DNA of 64,000 nt from Carcharhinus longimanus (taxonomy: Eukaryota), in contig JASCQW010000099.1 in the NCBI GenBank assembly GCA_030264375.1, positions 56,885,631 through 56,949,630 on the forward strand, written 5' to 3'. Below are positions 37,825 to 49,749 of the stretch, one piece after another (positions within the stretch are counted from its first letter, which is position 1; the number at the start of each line of letters is the position of its first letter). The notes beneath the pieces were generated by a model. That model searched no databases. It was not told the origin of the DNA and saw nothing but the letters and a program-made list of their open reading frames with translations. Made by a program: the position numbers and the translations under genes.

Positions 37825-40280
37825 AATAACATTACAACATAGAAGATAATTCGCTTATTTTAATTCTCTCAACATATTTCGAAACAGTGAGATATTTTGT
37901 ACGCTCTAATCTCACTTTAAAATGTAAATATTTCCATCTTATACTGCACATTACTGTTCATAATTAGTACATGTGAGTTCATCACTCATAGTATCAGATG
38001 CCTGTCACAATACTTCATTATGCTGCTCACCTTTCACTTCGTCGAGGTAGCAGGATCAATTTCACCGCTACCTGTATCACCCTGACGCTTTCCACAAATT
38101 GTACAGCAGTTAAAAGTAGTTTGGCATCCAAAGGCAACTGGAAAATTCAATCAGGGTGTCTGGCAGGGTGACTGATCCTTTACATACCTTTGGAACGGGC
38201 TATTTCTAGCCTGTACTACCATGGCTTGTGGACAGGTTTAGGAAGCAATATTGGCAGAGCTGTCTGATAAGAAAACAACATCTGGATCCAAATCACACTT
38301 ATTAGGTCAATGCGCGTTTGCAACAGAAACAATGGTCACCTAAATCAAGGCCTGCTTAAAATAACAAGATGGCCTCCATCTGAACCTTAGTGACTTTTGT
38401 TCATAATTTCCATTGTACTTCTGCCCCCTTTACACCAAAACAAAGGGACTGTAGGTAGATGAAAATTGGTCCTATATATTGTAATATGAATTTTGAACTA
38501 CTTCTACCAAGATCATTTTGGGACAGTTATTTCATAGAGCTATTTTCAATTAATTAATTTCCATGAAAAATGTCTTCATATGTAAGGGCATATTTTGTAT
38601 TCAAAGCTGAGCTGAATTTTTAATAAACACTACGAAATTTTCTATGTAGTTGCTCATGACAATCCAAGATCTGCAGTGCGGTTTCTGATGGTTACCATGG
38701 TTCCAATGCATTCAAAATGTGGTATCACTGTAGTACAGCAAATTTAATGAAGGAATAATACACCTGTTTGAATGAAGGTAAAATATTACATGCCTTATTA
38801 TTATTCACCTATCAATTTGCTTAAGATGTAATTAATGTTGATCCTCCCAAATACTCTTATTCCTGGCAATTTTCATTAACATATATCTATATTCGTTAAA
38901 GCTGCAAGTATGCTTTTTTTAATGCTTTCCTCCTTCCTTTCCAAAATCCTCTTTCTTTCTCTGTGATTTACATAATGCAAAACACTCAAGTTTTTTGTGT
39001 CACGCTGAAAAGAAACAAAAGAAGTCATGTGCAACATACAAGAGAAAAGGCCCATCAATAGAGATCTTGGCACTTTAAACTCTGCAACTGACAAAAAAAA
39101 CTGGGCAGGAATAAGAATGTCACTGACTGGATTTTAGGTGTTCCTCAGCTTCAAACCTGCCAGCAGGTAAAATACAGTGAGTGGTCTCCTGCCATCTACC
39201 TATCCACCTGATTAAAATTTTACAAGGTGGGACGGGGAGGGATGGGAGTGTGGTCTGTGCAGGGTGGCACTGGGCTTACTGGAGTCCTTAAGCATCAACT
39301 AACGGCTACTTAAAGGCTTCATCCTGGTGGTATTTTACCCACAACTGGAGGAGCCCCACACCATACGAGAGATGTGGCAGCTTTAGCTCTATGAGCTGGT
39401 ATTGGGCAAGGAGTTGGGCTTCCTTTGTGAGATTCCCCAGCCCATCAGAGACATTCTCCTCAAGAACATTCCCTCAGTTATCCCATCCCTCTCCTCCCCA
39501 GGCTCTTGAACCAAGTTCCCCAACCTCTCATGCTCCTCACCAAAACACGCAACTCCAGACTTAGCTGAGCTCCTCAACCTGGTACAATCCTGGCTGGCAT
39601 TGCTGGGAACTACAGAGCTGCCTGCCATCCAATTGACCAGCAGCTCTTAAAGATGAGACTTCTTCCCAAAGCTTTGTCTTGAAGAAATTAACCCCATCAT
39701 CCAGAGGAACAAGAGGCAACATGGACATAAGAACATCAGCACCTGCAAACTCTCCTCCAAGTCATACACCATCCCAACTTGGAAATATACCCACCATGAT
39801 TCTGGATGAGGATGTGTCAGGGATGTTTCTCCCCACAATAGTTATTTAACTGCCTGCCACATTCAATTTTGTCTGTTACCATTCACAATAAAAAATGCAC
39901 ATCTGCAGAGGATTGATCAAATCCATTGTTTGTGGCATTGCTTTGCTCTGACTATAGCGTGCTGCTTCCACTATTCATCATGTTTATAGTCCTGTGGTAG
40001 AACTTCACCAGGTTAGTACTTCACTTTTTTGTATAGCTGGTGCTCCTGGCATGCTTTCCCATACACCTCATTGAACTAGGATCAGTCCCTTGATTTTATG
40101 GCAATAGGAAATTGAGAGATATCACAGGCTTTACAGATTGTAGTGGAATACAGAGTCTCATGGACGCACAGTTTTGAGCTGCCTGATCTGTTCTAAATCT
40201 ATCTCATTTAGCAAATTGGTAATGCCACACAACATGATGAAGCATGTCCTCAGTGTGAAAACAGGACTTTGTCTCCACAA

Positions 40281-41283
40281 AGTGGTCAATCAAGTCTTGA
40301 TTAAAGACACAGATAAGAGCCAAAGACCATAAAACTCCTAATTACAAGTAAAGTTTCAGGTGCACAATATAAAGAAGACTTCCACTGAATCATGCACAGC
40401 TGTTATAACAAGCAACGATAGACGTGGGAGGGCATGGCAAGTTAATATACTATTGGTCCGACATATAGCCATCATACTCATAGAATAGTTTCATAGAATT
40501 TCTACAGTGCAGGAGGAGGCCATTCGGCCCACCAAGCCTGCATTGACAACAATCCCACCCAGGTGCTATGCCCAAAATCCCATGTGTTTACCCTAATAAT
40601 CCACGTATTTACTTTGATAATTCCCCCTGTCACGAAGGGTCAATTTAGCATGGCTAATCCACACATCTTTGGAGTGTGGGAGAAAACTGAAGCACCCAGA
40701 GGAAACCCACACAGACATAGGGAAAATGTCCAAACTCCACACAGACAGAAACCCAAGGGTGGAATTGAACCCAGGTCCTTGGCACTGTGAGGCTATGGCA
40801 CCGTGCCACCAAGGACCCAGATGTCTGGAGGATGGTAGATAGTAAAGAAGAAGAACACTTGCTTGATGGCATTTTAATTAGGTAGATATGCACAAGTTGT
40901 AATTGGACAAATATACCCTCATGTAAAGCTAATCAAAGCTAAAGCACACCAGAATTGTAGAGAGGAGATAGCTTGATCATGGGATTGGACATAGTTCGGC
41001 ACAACATTGAGGGCCGAAGGGCCTGTACTGTGCTGTAATGTTCTATGTCCTAATCAATTGTTGTGAGTGGATATAGATAACTTTCATACAAATGTACATC
41101 TCTGATTGGTATATGCTAATTACTTGTAATCAAATCCGGAGGTATATCCGGAGTTTATGTAACTCTGTATCTAATGCTCCAGATTGTGCCACTAGCTGGC
41201 ATGCTGAAGCCCTTGCTATAGCTTATAATAAATGGCCAACTTCAAAACTTCAAAAATCTTCATCTTGTCTCTTGAGGGGAACA
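40281..41283 (+). mobile_element. Possible LTR-like insertion carrying a nested SINE and LINE tail
   Basis: Non-coding insert with ctgattgg (~41103), aataaa (~41227) and acaa at both junctions. Confidence 0.45.
40491..40810 (-). mobile_element. HE1-type V-SINE
   Basis: Tail tcatagaatttctacagtgcaggaggaggccattcggccc, V-domain and head recognisable. Confidence 0.9.
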
Positions 41284-42259
41284 AGGTCTGAAAGCAATCA
41301 CAGCACCACAACACTATCATTGATAGATACATGTCCAACAAGTAGATTGATGAGGGCTAGATGAAGCAGATTTTCCCTTATATTAGCTCTTCCACCACCT
41401 GCCTCAGGCTCAGACCAGCAACAAAGTCCTTCCGGACTTGGCCAACTTGCTAAGTAGTAATGTTACCACTCTTAGGGATAGACATGAAATCCACTGCCCA
41501 GGGTACATTTTGCACCCTGGATACCCTCAGTGCTTATTCCAAATGGTGCTCAACATAGAGGAATACTGATTCATCAGTTGAGGAAAGGCAGTAGGTGGTA
41601 ATCAACAGGAGATTGCCTTGCCCATGTATGACCTGATGCCATGAAACTTCGTGAGATTCAGAGTCAATGTTGAGAATTCATAGGGGCCACTTCATCCCAC
41701 TGTATATTTGTTCGCCTCCTTTGGCTGGTCTATCCTGCTGGTGCGACAGTACATACACAGGGATGGTGACGGAGGACAACAGCCATCACTCCTTCCACTA
41801 ACTTCCACTACAATTCCTCTACAAGAGTGTCAAAAATGACATTTGGTCACTTCAGGTTTTGTTTTACACTGCTGCACTGGCTCTGTTACCTTGGGTATGA
41901 TCCTGAATTGGTTAGCTAGAATACCATCTGGTTCAGGTGCGAGACCATTTACAATATGCAATGTACATTATCTGTGTTGTACACACAGAATCCTGCTTTC
42001 AATGAGTAGTGAGTTAGTAGCCCAACCACAAGTTCTCAAAGAGAGGTGCTGCTGAACTGATTGTCAGAAAGGGAACATTAGGGGAATAGTAATGATAGTA
42101 TCATAAGGTTTAGTTTAGCTATGGAATATGAGAGGACAGGGAACATTCCAGAGTAAAAAATACTGAGAGGAGGGCTAATTTCACTGGGATGAAAAAAGAT
42201 CTGTGCTAGGTAAATGGCCTCAATGCTTGGCAGACAAAAACAGAACAATAAGCTGTCTT

Positions 42260-44210
42260 TAAAGAGATCACAGAACTGTTACGGCACAGAAAAAGGCTAT
42301 TTGGCCTATCATGTCTGCACTGGTTCTGCATATGGACAATTCATTTAATGCCATTCTCCCACCTTCTCCTCACAACCCTGCATATTCTTCCTTTCCAGAT
42401 AACAACCAATTCCCTTTTGAATATTTTGACTGAACCACAATCTCAGACAGTGCATTCAGACCTTAACTACTCACTGCATGAAAAATTTTTCTCATATCGT
42501 TTTTGCTTATTTTGCGAATTTCTTCTCATCACTTCTCATCCTTAATCATTTCATGAGTGGGAATAGTTTCTCCCTATCAATACTGCCAAGACCCCTCATG
42601 ATTTTAAATACTCCTATCAAATCTCCTTTCAGTCTTCTTTTTTCCCAGTGAAACCAGTTTTAATTTCTCCAATCTATCTTCGTAACTGAACTTCTTAATC
42701 ATTCTGGAACAAGAGCACATCTTTGCACCCTTGTTTAATGTTTACAATTCCCAATCCTCTGGCACTACCCCGAGTGTAAGGAAGACTGAAAATTTATGGA
42801 CAGTGTCCCCACAATTTCCACTCATGGTTCCCTCACTAAGATGAATCACATCCAGACCTGGTGCTTTACCAGCTTTAAGTACTGACAGCCTATCCAATAG
42901 CTCCTCCTTGTCAGTTTTAAACTATTGTAGTGCCTGAATTACCTCTTCTTCCACCATGTCCTGGGTAGATATTCTTCATTGGTAAAGATAGATGCAAAGT
43001 ATTAATTTAATACCATTGCTATGCCCTCTGCATAAATTCTCTTTTTGTCCTTGAAATTACCTAATTTTCCCTTTTTTTTACACTTTTATTATTTTATATG
43101 CCTATAGAGGACTTTCAGAGTCCTTTTTATGTTAGCTATCGGTCTTTTTTCACAATCCCAGTTTGCTTCGCTTATTTGCTTTTGTAACCACCTGCTCCCT
43201 ACCTCCTACCTCCCCACCTCTCCCCGAACCATACTCAGCCTGCTTCTCAAATGTATTCTCTGTCTGCCATCTGTCATAAGCTTCTTTATCTTAATTCCTA
43301 TCTCTCATGTCATTCAGTGAGCTCTGGATTTGTTTGACCTATCTTTCCTTTTGAGGGAATATCCCTTGATTGTGACTCTCTTATTTAAAGGCATCCATTG
43401 TTTAGTTACCTTTTTTTCTCCCAAACTTTAATTCCAGCTTTTTCAACCCACATCATTCTTACCCCATTGAAGTTGATTTCCCCTAGTTAATTATTCTTAC
43501 TCTGGATTGTTCTTTGTCCTTTTTCATAGCCAGGCTAAACCTTATGATATAATGATTACTGTCCCCTAAATATTCTCCTAACAGTTAATCCATTTGGCCT
43601 ATCTCACTCTTATGAACCTGGTCTTAAGTGCCTCTTCTTATTGAACTGGAAACGTACTGCTGTCGAAAAGATTTCTGAGAAACTAGAAACTCTTTTCCCC
43701 TCTCTGCCCTTTTCATTACTACCATCCCAATCAATATTTGGATAATTAAAGTTCCCCATTATAACTTCTCACACCTCTTCGTAATTTCCTTGAAAATCTG
43801 TTCATCTGCAACCTTCTCAATACTTGGTGGCCTACAAAGTACACTAAGCAATGTAACTGCATCTTTTTAGTTCCTTAGCTCTAGCCAAATGAGTTCTGTC
43901 CTTGACTTCTGTGGGACATCTTTGTTCTCCAGCTACAATGTGCTCCTCAATCAATACCATCACCCCTTCCCTTTTTTCTTCCTGTCCCGTCTTTGCTGAG
44001 TATCTTGTGTCCAGGAAAATATTATCCAGCCTGCTCTTCTTTGTACCAGAAGCCATCACAATATCATATTTCATAGCAATTTGTGCCTATAACTCACAAA
44101 TCTTATTTACCATACATTCTGTATTCACATGCACAGTAACCCTGATGTTGTACTTATTAATCCTCCCCAAATCTGACCTCACCTAATAACATAGTATTCC
44201 TATTTCTAGT
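42260..44210 (-). mobile_element. Old, internally deleted CR1-type LINE (3' tail through endonuclease start)
   Basis: Tail at 42265-42330; 43700-44140 reverse complement gives ..VNKICEL*AQIAMKYDIVMASG.., KREGVMVLIEE and IMGNFNYPNIDW. Confidence 0.8.
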
Positions 44211-44559
44211 GCTACCTAGTGTATGATAATGAAGTCTGTGACATTCACTGAGTCGAAATGTGACTCGCCATTGATGACTGAAGTGCACAATCACTTCTTT
44301 ATTTTATGTAATCGGAGATCCCATTTTGAGCCTTCTCAATAGATTTAAGCTCTCATGACTGTCATGGCTGGGAGCAGAATATCCCGGCCAATATCACTGA
44401 GCAGAAAATGCACTCCCTTGTAAGAGGTTGGTGGAAAATTTGCCTAAACAGCTGACATACGAAGTGTAATCTAAGAGTTGTAACATAGGTGACAATGATC
44501 TAGCAATCATTCTAGTTCCTGCAAGCTAAGATTGCACACAGGGAGAATGCATGGCTCAT

Positions 44560-44900
44560 TTGCTGCTGAAACCCTCAACAATGCCTCTAGATGTAATGAT
44601 TCTAATGCTCCTCTGGCTAGCCTCTGATCTTCCATTCACCATAAAATTTGAGCTCATCTAAAACTCTGCTGCCTGTATCCTAATTCACATCAAGTTCGAT
44701 TCACCCAATACCCCCAAGTTTGCTGCCCTACACTGGTTCCCAGTCCGGCAACGTCTCAAATTTAAAATTCACATCTTGGCTTCCAAGCCCCTCCTTGCTC
44801 TTTCCCCTTTCTATCTCTAGTGTCCTCTTCTAACTCTAAAATCCTTTCAGATCTCTGTGCTGCTCCAATTCTGCACTATTTGTAAACCTCGAGTTTCATG
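44560..44900 (+). mobile_element. L2-type LINE 3' fragment
   Basis: gagctcatctaaaactctgctgcctgtatcc..cacccaatacccc..ctacactggttcccagtccggcaacgtctcaaatttaaaattc (QNSAA..HITP..LHWLPV..RI.FKI-like). Confidence 0.8.
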
Positions 44901-46319
44901 ACTCTATCATTGGAGACCCTAAGTTCTGGAATTCCAATGGGCACAGGGGACCTCTCAAAGAAGGGACATCCCCTCTTATTGGACAATGCCCACACAGTTA
45001 AAGTTGTCAAGCTACCCACGTGGATTGGGCCTTCTCCTGCCTGGGTAAAATAGCAGCGCAGGTGAGATGAGGCACTCAAGTTGCCTTTAATTTGCCACGT
45101 ATGGGCCTCAATAGACCCACGGTCAGAAGCGCCATCCGACAAATCCATTGCTTCCCCACAAAATGTGAAAAAGGTAAAGGGTGGATGGGGAGGTGGCCTG
45201 ATACTGTATTTTACATGCCTTCAAACTCACTGGCAGGTGACCATAAAGTTCCTCCTAAGGAATAAGTTATTTCTTTGCTCTTTAATTCATCTTTTCCATG
45301 TAATTCCTTTTAAAACACTGATGCATTTGTAAGTCATATTTGATCTTGTACAAGTTTGGACTGTTTTTTAAACATAATGTATGTAATATCTTGCTCTGAT
45401 ATGTTAATATGTAAAGCTTGAAGAAATGTACATTTCGAAATATTTTGAAATCATGCTTTTTTCAAACAATTTGAAGACTTAGATTGATACCTTATAAAAA
45501 CAATTTGGGTAATTTAGTATTTTTTTGTAATAAGTAGAGAACCAGACCAGCGTGAGCAGCCATCAATTTTAAAGAAAAGTTCAGAATTTCAGGTAGTAAC
45601 CTCAAATGGCACATATGTAGGTTACTTATACTTTAAATTACTCATCCTGATTTTATGTTTCTTCTTCTTTTCAAATCTTAAATTTGATATCCTGAGTTCT
45701 TAGTTAGAACATTCAACAGCATTTCCTCAAGCATTTCATGTTGCTGTTTGCACTCATGATTTGATATTTGCAAGCAATTCATTAAAATATGTTAGTTCCA
45801 AATTCAGAAATTCCTTTTAGCAGTCAGACACCAGTAAAAGGATGCCTTTGACTACATTATTGAACATATAATAAATAAGTTTTAAATTATTTCTGAAGTA
45901 AAATGATGAGTTTATTTCAGGCTTGTTGCAACCAGAGGTCATCTGTTAGTGAACCATACACCATTCTACTGTATTGAGTGACACCATATGGTTAACCACC
46001 TTTGTGTCAAGGGATATGAATTATTTATGTGATTGCTGCAACATTATCCTATTCATACACAAATGAGCAATCAAGTAACGAAGCTGAAGTAATGAAAATA
46101 AAATGTTCCTGATACCACTCAAGGATCTTCTTTTATAATTAGCTACCGGAGACAGGTGTACAGGGAAGGATACAGCTTCCACATTTTTTAATATGCTTTG
46201 TTCTATGTAAAATTTTTACAGGCTAATGACTTTATTGGGAAACAAATGCTAAGAATTTTACAGGCAACTGTAGTTTCAAAACCCCTAGGGGGCTTCAAAA
46301 TCTTTAAGGGGTAGGATTA

Positions 46320-47190
46320 GTAAGTTTACGAATGACACAAAGATTGGCCAGGTGGTTAACAGTGAGGCTAAAAGAAGTCGTCGAAGGAATGGTCAAATGG
46401 GCAGATAATTGGCAAATGGAATTTAACCCTGAAAAGTGTGAGGTGATACACTTTGGAAGGAGTAATCTGACAAGGATGTACTCAATGAATGGCAGGACAC
46501 TAGGAAATTCTGTGGAACAAAGGAACCTTGGCGAGGTCGTCCACAGATCTCTGAAGGCAGAACGTTATGTTAGTAAGGTGGCAAAAAAGGCATTAAGAAC
46601 CTTTATCAATCAAGGCATAGATTACAAAAGCAGGGAAGTCATGTTAGAGTTGCACATAACTTTGGTGAGGCCTCAGCTAGAGTATCGTGTGCAGTTCTGG
46701 TCGCCACATTATAGAAAGGAAATGATTGCACTGCATGGGGTGCAGAGGGGATTCACCAGGATGCTGCCTGGGATGGAACATTTAAGTTATGAAGAGAGGT
46801 TGGGTAAGCTTGGGTTGTTTTTGTTGGAGCAGAGAAGACTGATGGGTGACCTGATCAAAGTGTACAAGATTATGAGAGCCATGGGCAAGTAGATAGTGAG
46901 CAGCCAATCACCTTAGTTGAAGGGTCAGTCACAAGGGGACATAGATTCAAGGTGAGGGACAGGAGGTTTGGGGGGGATGTGAGGAAAATCTTTTTTTACC
47001 CAGAGGGTGGTGATGGTCTGTAATGCGCTGCCTGGCAAAGTGGTAGAGGGGGGTTCCCTGAGCACCTGACACTTCATAACATTCAGGGCTATGAGTCAAG
47101 TGCTGGCAAATGTGATTAGGTGGGACTTCAGGTGTTTCTAGTATATCAGTGTGGACTCAAAGGGCCTCTTCTGCGCTGTATGATTCTAAA
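46320..47190 (+). mobile_element. CR1-type LINE 3' portion with a 186-aa open segment
   Basis: WADNWQMEFNPEKCEVIHFG..LVRPQLEYRVQFWSPHYRK..GDLIKVYKIM; tail agggcctcttctgcgctgtatgattcta. Confidence 0.94.
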
Positions 47191-49749
47191 ACTTCCTTCC
47201 CCGTGATCAACCTCCACTGTGCAGTCCAAAGCACCCATTAGTATCTCCACCTGACTTCCCATCCGGCTCCATAATCTCTCTCAACCCTCATTATCTCCAA
47301 CAAAATGTTCATAATCTTCCCCCGACCAATCCACAATCTCATCCCCCCAGACACTTCCATAATATACCCCTGACCTGCAATCCGGTTCCAATCTTCAACA
47401 TCACTCCCCTGACTTCCAAGATCACTCCCTGACCTGTATGGTATTGCCTATTATCTACAATCTCTATCCCAACCTCCTCCCCCACTCCCCATTCTCCATG
47501 ATCCTGCTTGGTCTCCATCCCATCCATTTAATGAACAGAAAATCAAGTAGGCCTGTTAAGATAGAAGAACCCTATTACGTGTAATTTGAAGATATTGATT
47601 CTACAATATAGATGTTAACCTCTACCTGCAATTTTTGTTCTACCAGATGGCAAGAGGTGAATAACCTTCTTCCAATGAGTCAGAACCTCTCCTACTATTG
47701 TTTTTCTGCAAGGTTTAGGTAGTTCTCTCTGTTGCCAAATCCTGTCGTTCTACCTTCTATCTCCCAAACCTTAATCTCCTGCTGAAACCTACCAACCATC
47801 TGGCACTCAAAGCTGCAGCTTTGTAGTATACACACAAATACATTTCAGTCAATAATTCCGTGGCTGTACCATTACATGATGGCATATTGCCAAATACCTA
47901 TGGTGCTCTAATGCCGGAATCCTTATGCTATTTTCAGCCAAGGCACAAACATAAGAGATTGGGAGGAAAGGAATTCACCAGTCCTGTCAGGTGGCCCACA
48001 AGAATCCCAATGCCCCATCACATGTCAAGGAAATCAGGAAGCAATCGGGCTCCCACCCAGATGAGGTGGGAACCTGAAAATTACGCAAACTGCTAACTGT
48101 AATACAATTAGTGGGCTGGATGACCCATACAGTGACCTTTCCCCTTGCAGCCAGGTGGTACCTTTCAAAAGCAAGGCCCTGTCATCATGTATCCAAGGAG
48201 GACCAAGGAGATATGTGGACATCTTTAAATGACTTAGCGCACCTGAATGTTAATGGTGTCCATCCCTCTGTGTCCTGTAGCAAATCTGAGGCTCCTACTC
48301 AATGTGACCAGATGCACAATTGCCATCTGGACTCTGGCTTACTTGTATAAACAGTTTGCTCAGTCGGGCCTAGCCCTAGGTTCTTGGAAAGACACCCAGC
48401 TGATGCCAGCCCTCTCTCAACTCCCCTCACACACAGAAAGTGTCAGTGAACCAAGAGCTCTCTCTATTTCAACCCAGAACTCCCATCACACACATCAAGT
48501 GTCAGTGACCTAAGGGCTCTCTTCTCTGAAAACCTACATGAGCACAGGATGTTGGCGTACATAACGGATCTCTCCTCATTCACAATCCCACAGTCAGTGA
48601 GGGAGAGGAATCAGAAAAGTTAGTGCACGCAGGATCAGATACCCCAGTTGGAGGTAAACAAGGTGCTAGTAGGCAGCCCAAATCACAGCAAAAGCCTCAT
48701 CGCAGAGGATTTTCAAGGGACATTCAGTGAAGGTGGCTGCTCTCTGCCCCTGCCTCACAACTCTCCCTCTGATCTCATCTTTATACCACTGGATAACTGA
48801 GAGGCTCTCAGACCCTTGCTGGAGATCTCTCCAGTGCTCTCAAGCAATATGCACTCATACCACTGAGTGATAAAGTCAGTGTAGCCAAGCTTCCACCATA
48901 GGCACACATCTCTCACTGAACATAATTTTGTCAGTGGTACAACTTCAGCTTCAGGAACACAGTACTCCTTGACGAGTCATAAAGTTATTGCCCAGCTCCT
49001 TGCAGTCCATGCTGTCTGAGAAAATGTGTGTGTTATTAACCCAGGAGGTTCCACCAGGAGTCCTTCTTCATCTGTGTGGCCAAGATGTGACTTCTCTCAT
49101 TCATGTCTTCCCTGATCCTCCTAGCAGCTGTCCATCATGTTTGAGGAAAGCACAACCCCCACCCCTCAGGGGCAACACCACATCAAAGGTCATGGCAAGG
49201 TGTAGTAACAGGCATGGCCATGAGGCTCAGCCATTGGTCCACTGAGTGCTGTCCACTTCCACCACTGCAAGAAGCACTTTATAAGTGATCCCTTCACCTC
49301 ATCAATGGGAACAGGAGACCATGTTGCCAGATGAAGGGACAAGGGGCAGTGACTGTCACTGTGCAAGCTAATTGGTATAGACCCCCTTCCCTCAATCTTT
49401 GTCTTCCCCCTCTCAACCCTCATCTCCTCCAACCTCTCAATCCTGATCTCCTTCACTCCTCTCAAACACTCTTCCCCAACTCCTCTCAAGCTTTGTCTTC
49501 CCCTTCCTTTCAACCCTCATCTTCCCCTCTATCAAACCTGGTCTTCTTCACTTTCTCTGAACCCCTGTTTTGCCACTTCCTTTCAAGCCTTATCACACCC
49601 CCCACCATCCTCTCAACCCTTGTCCTCATTGCACAGCATCTGTTCCCCCTTCCCCCTCCAAGGGTCAGTCTTACATTACGCAGAGTGATAGGATTGGATT
49701 GGTAATGTCAGCAGGTCTGCTCACAAGGCAATTGAGTGATGAATATTCA

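Larger units (their letters stand above)
39940..41780 (-). mobile_element. Non-LTR retrotransposon fragment split by a ~1 kb insertion (40281-41280)
   Basis: Both flanks are colinear with the uninterrupted copy at 13075-13630 (..gggattttatgtccacaa | ..ccaatactatcatagacatg..). Confidence 0.75.

Noticed and set aside
38025-38120. Donor-like aaag|gtgagc with a short CpG-containing upstream segment
   Set aside because: The phase-1 frame has a stop nine codons upstream, there is no good acceptor and no SYT14 similarity.
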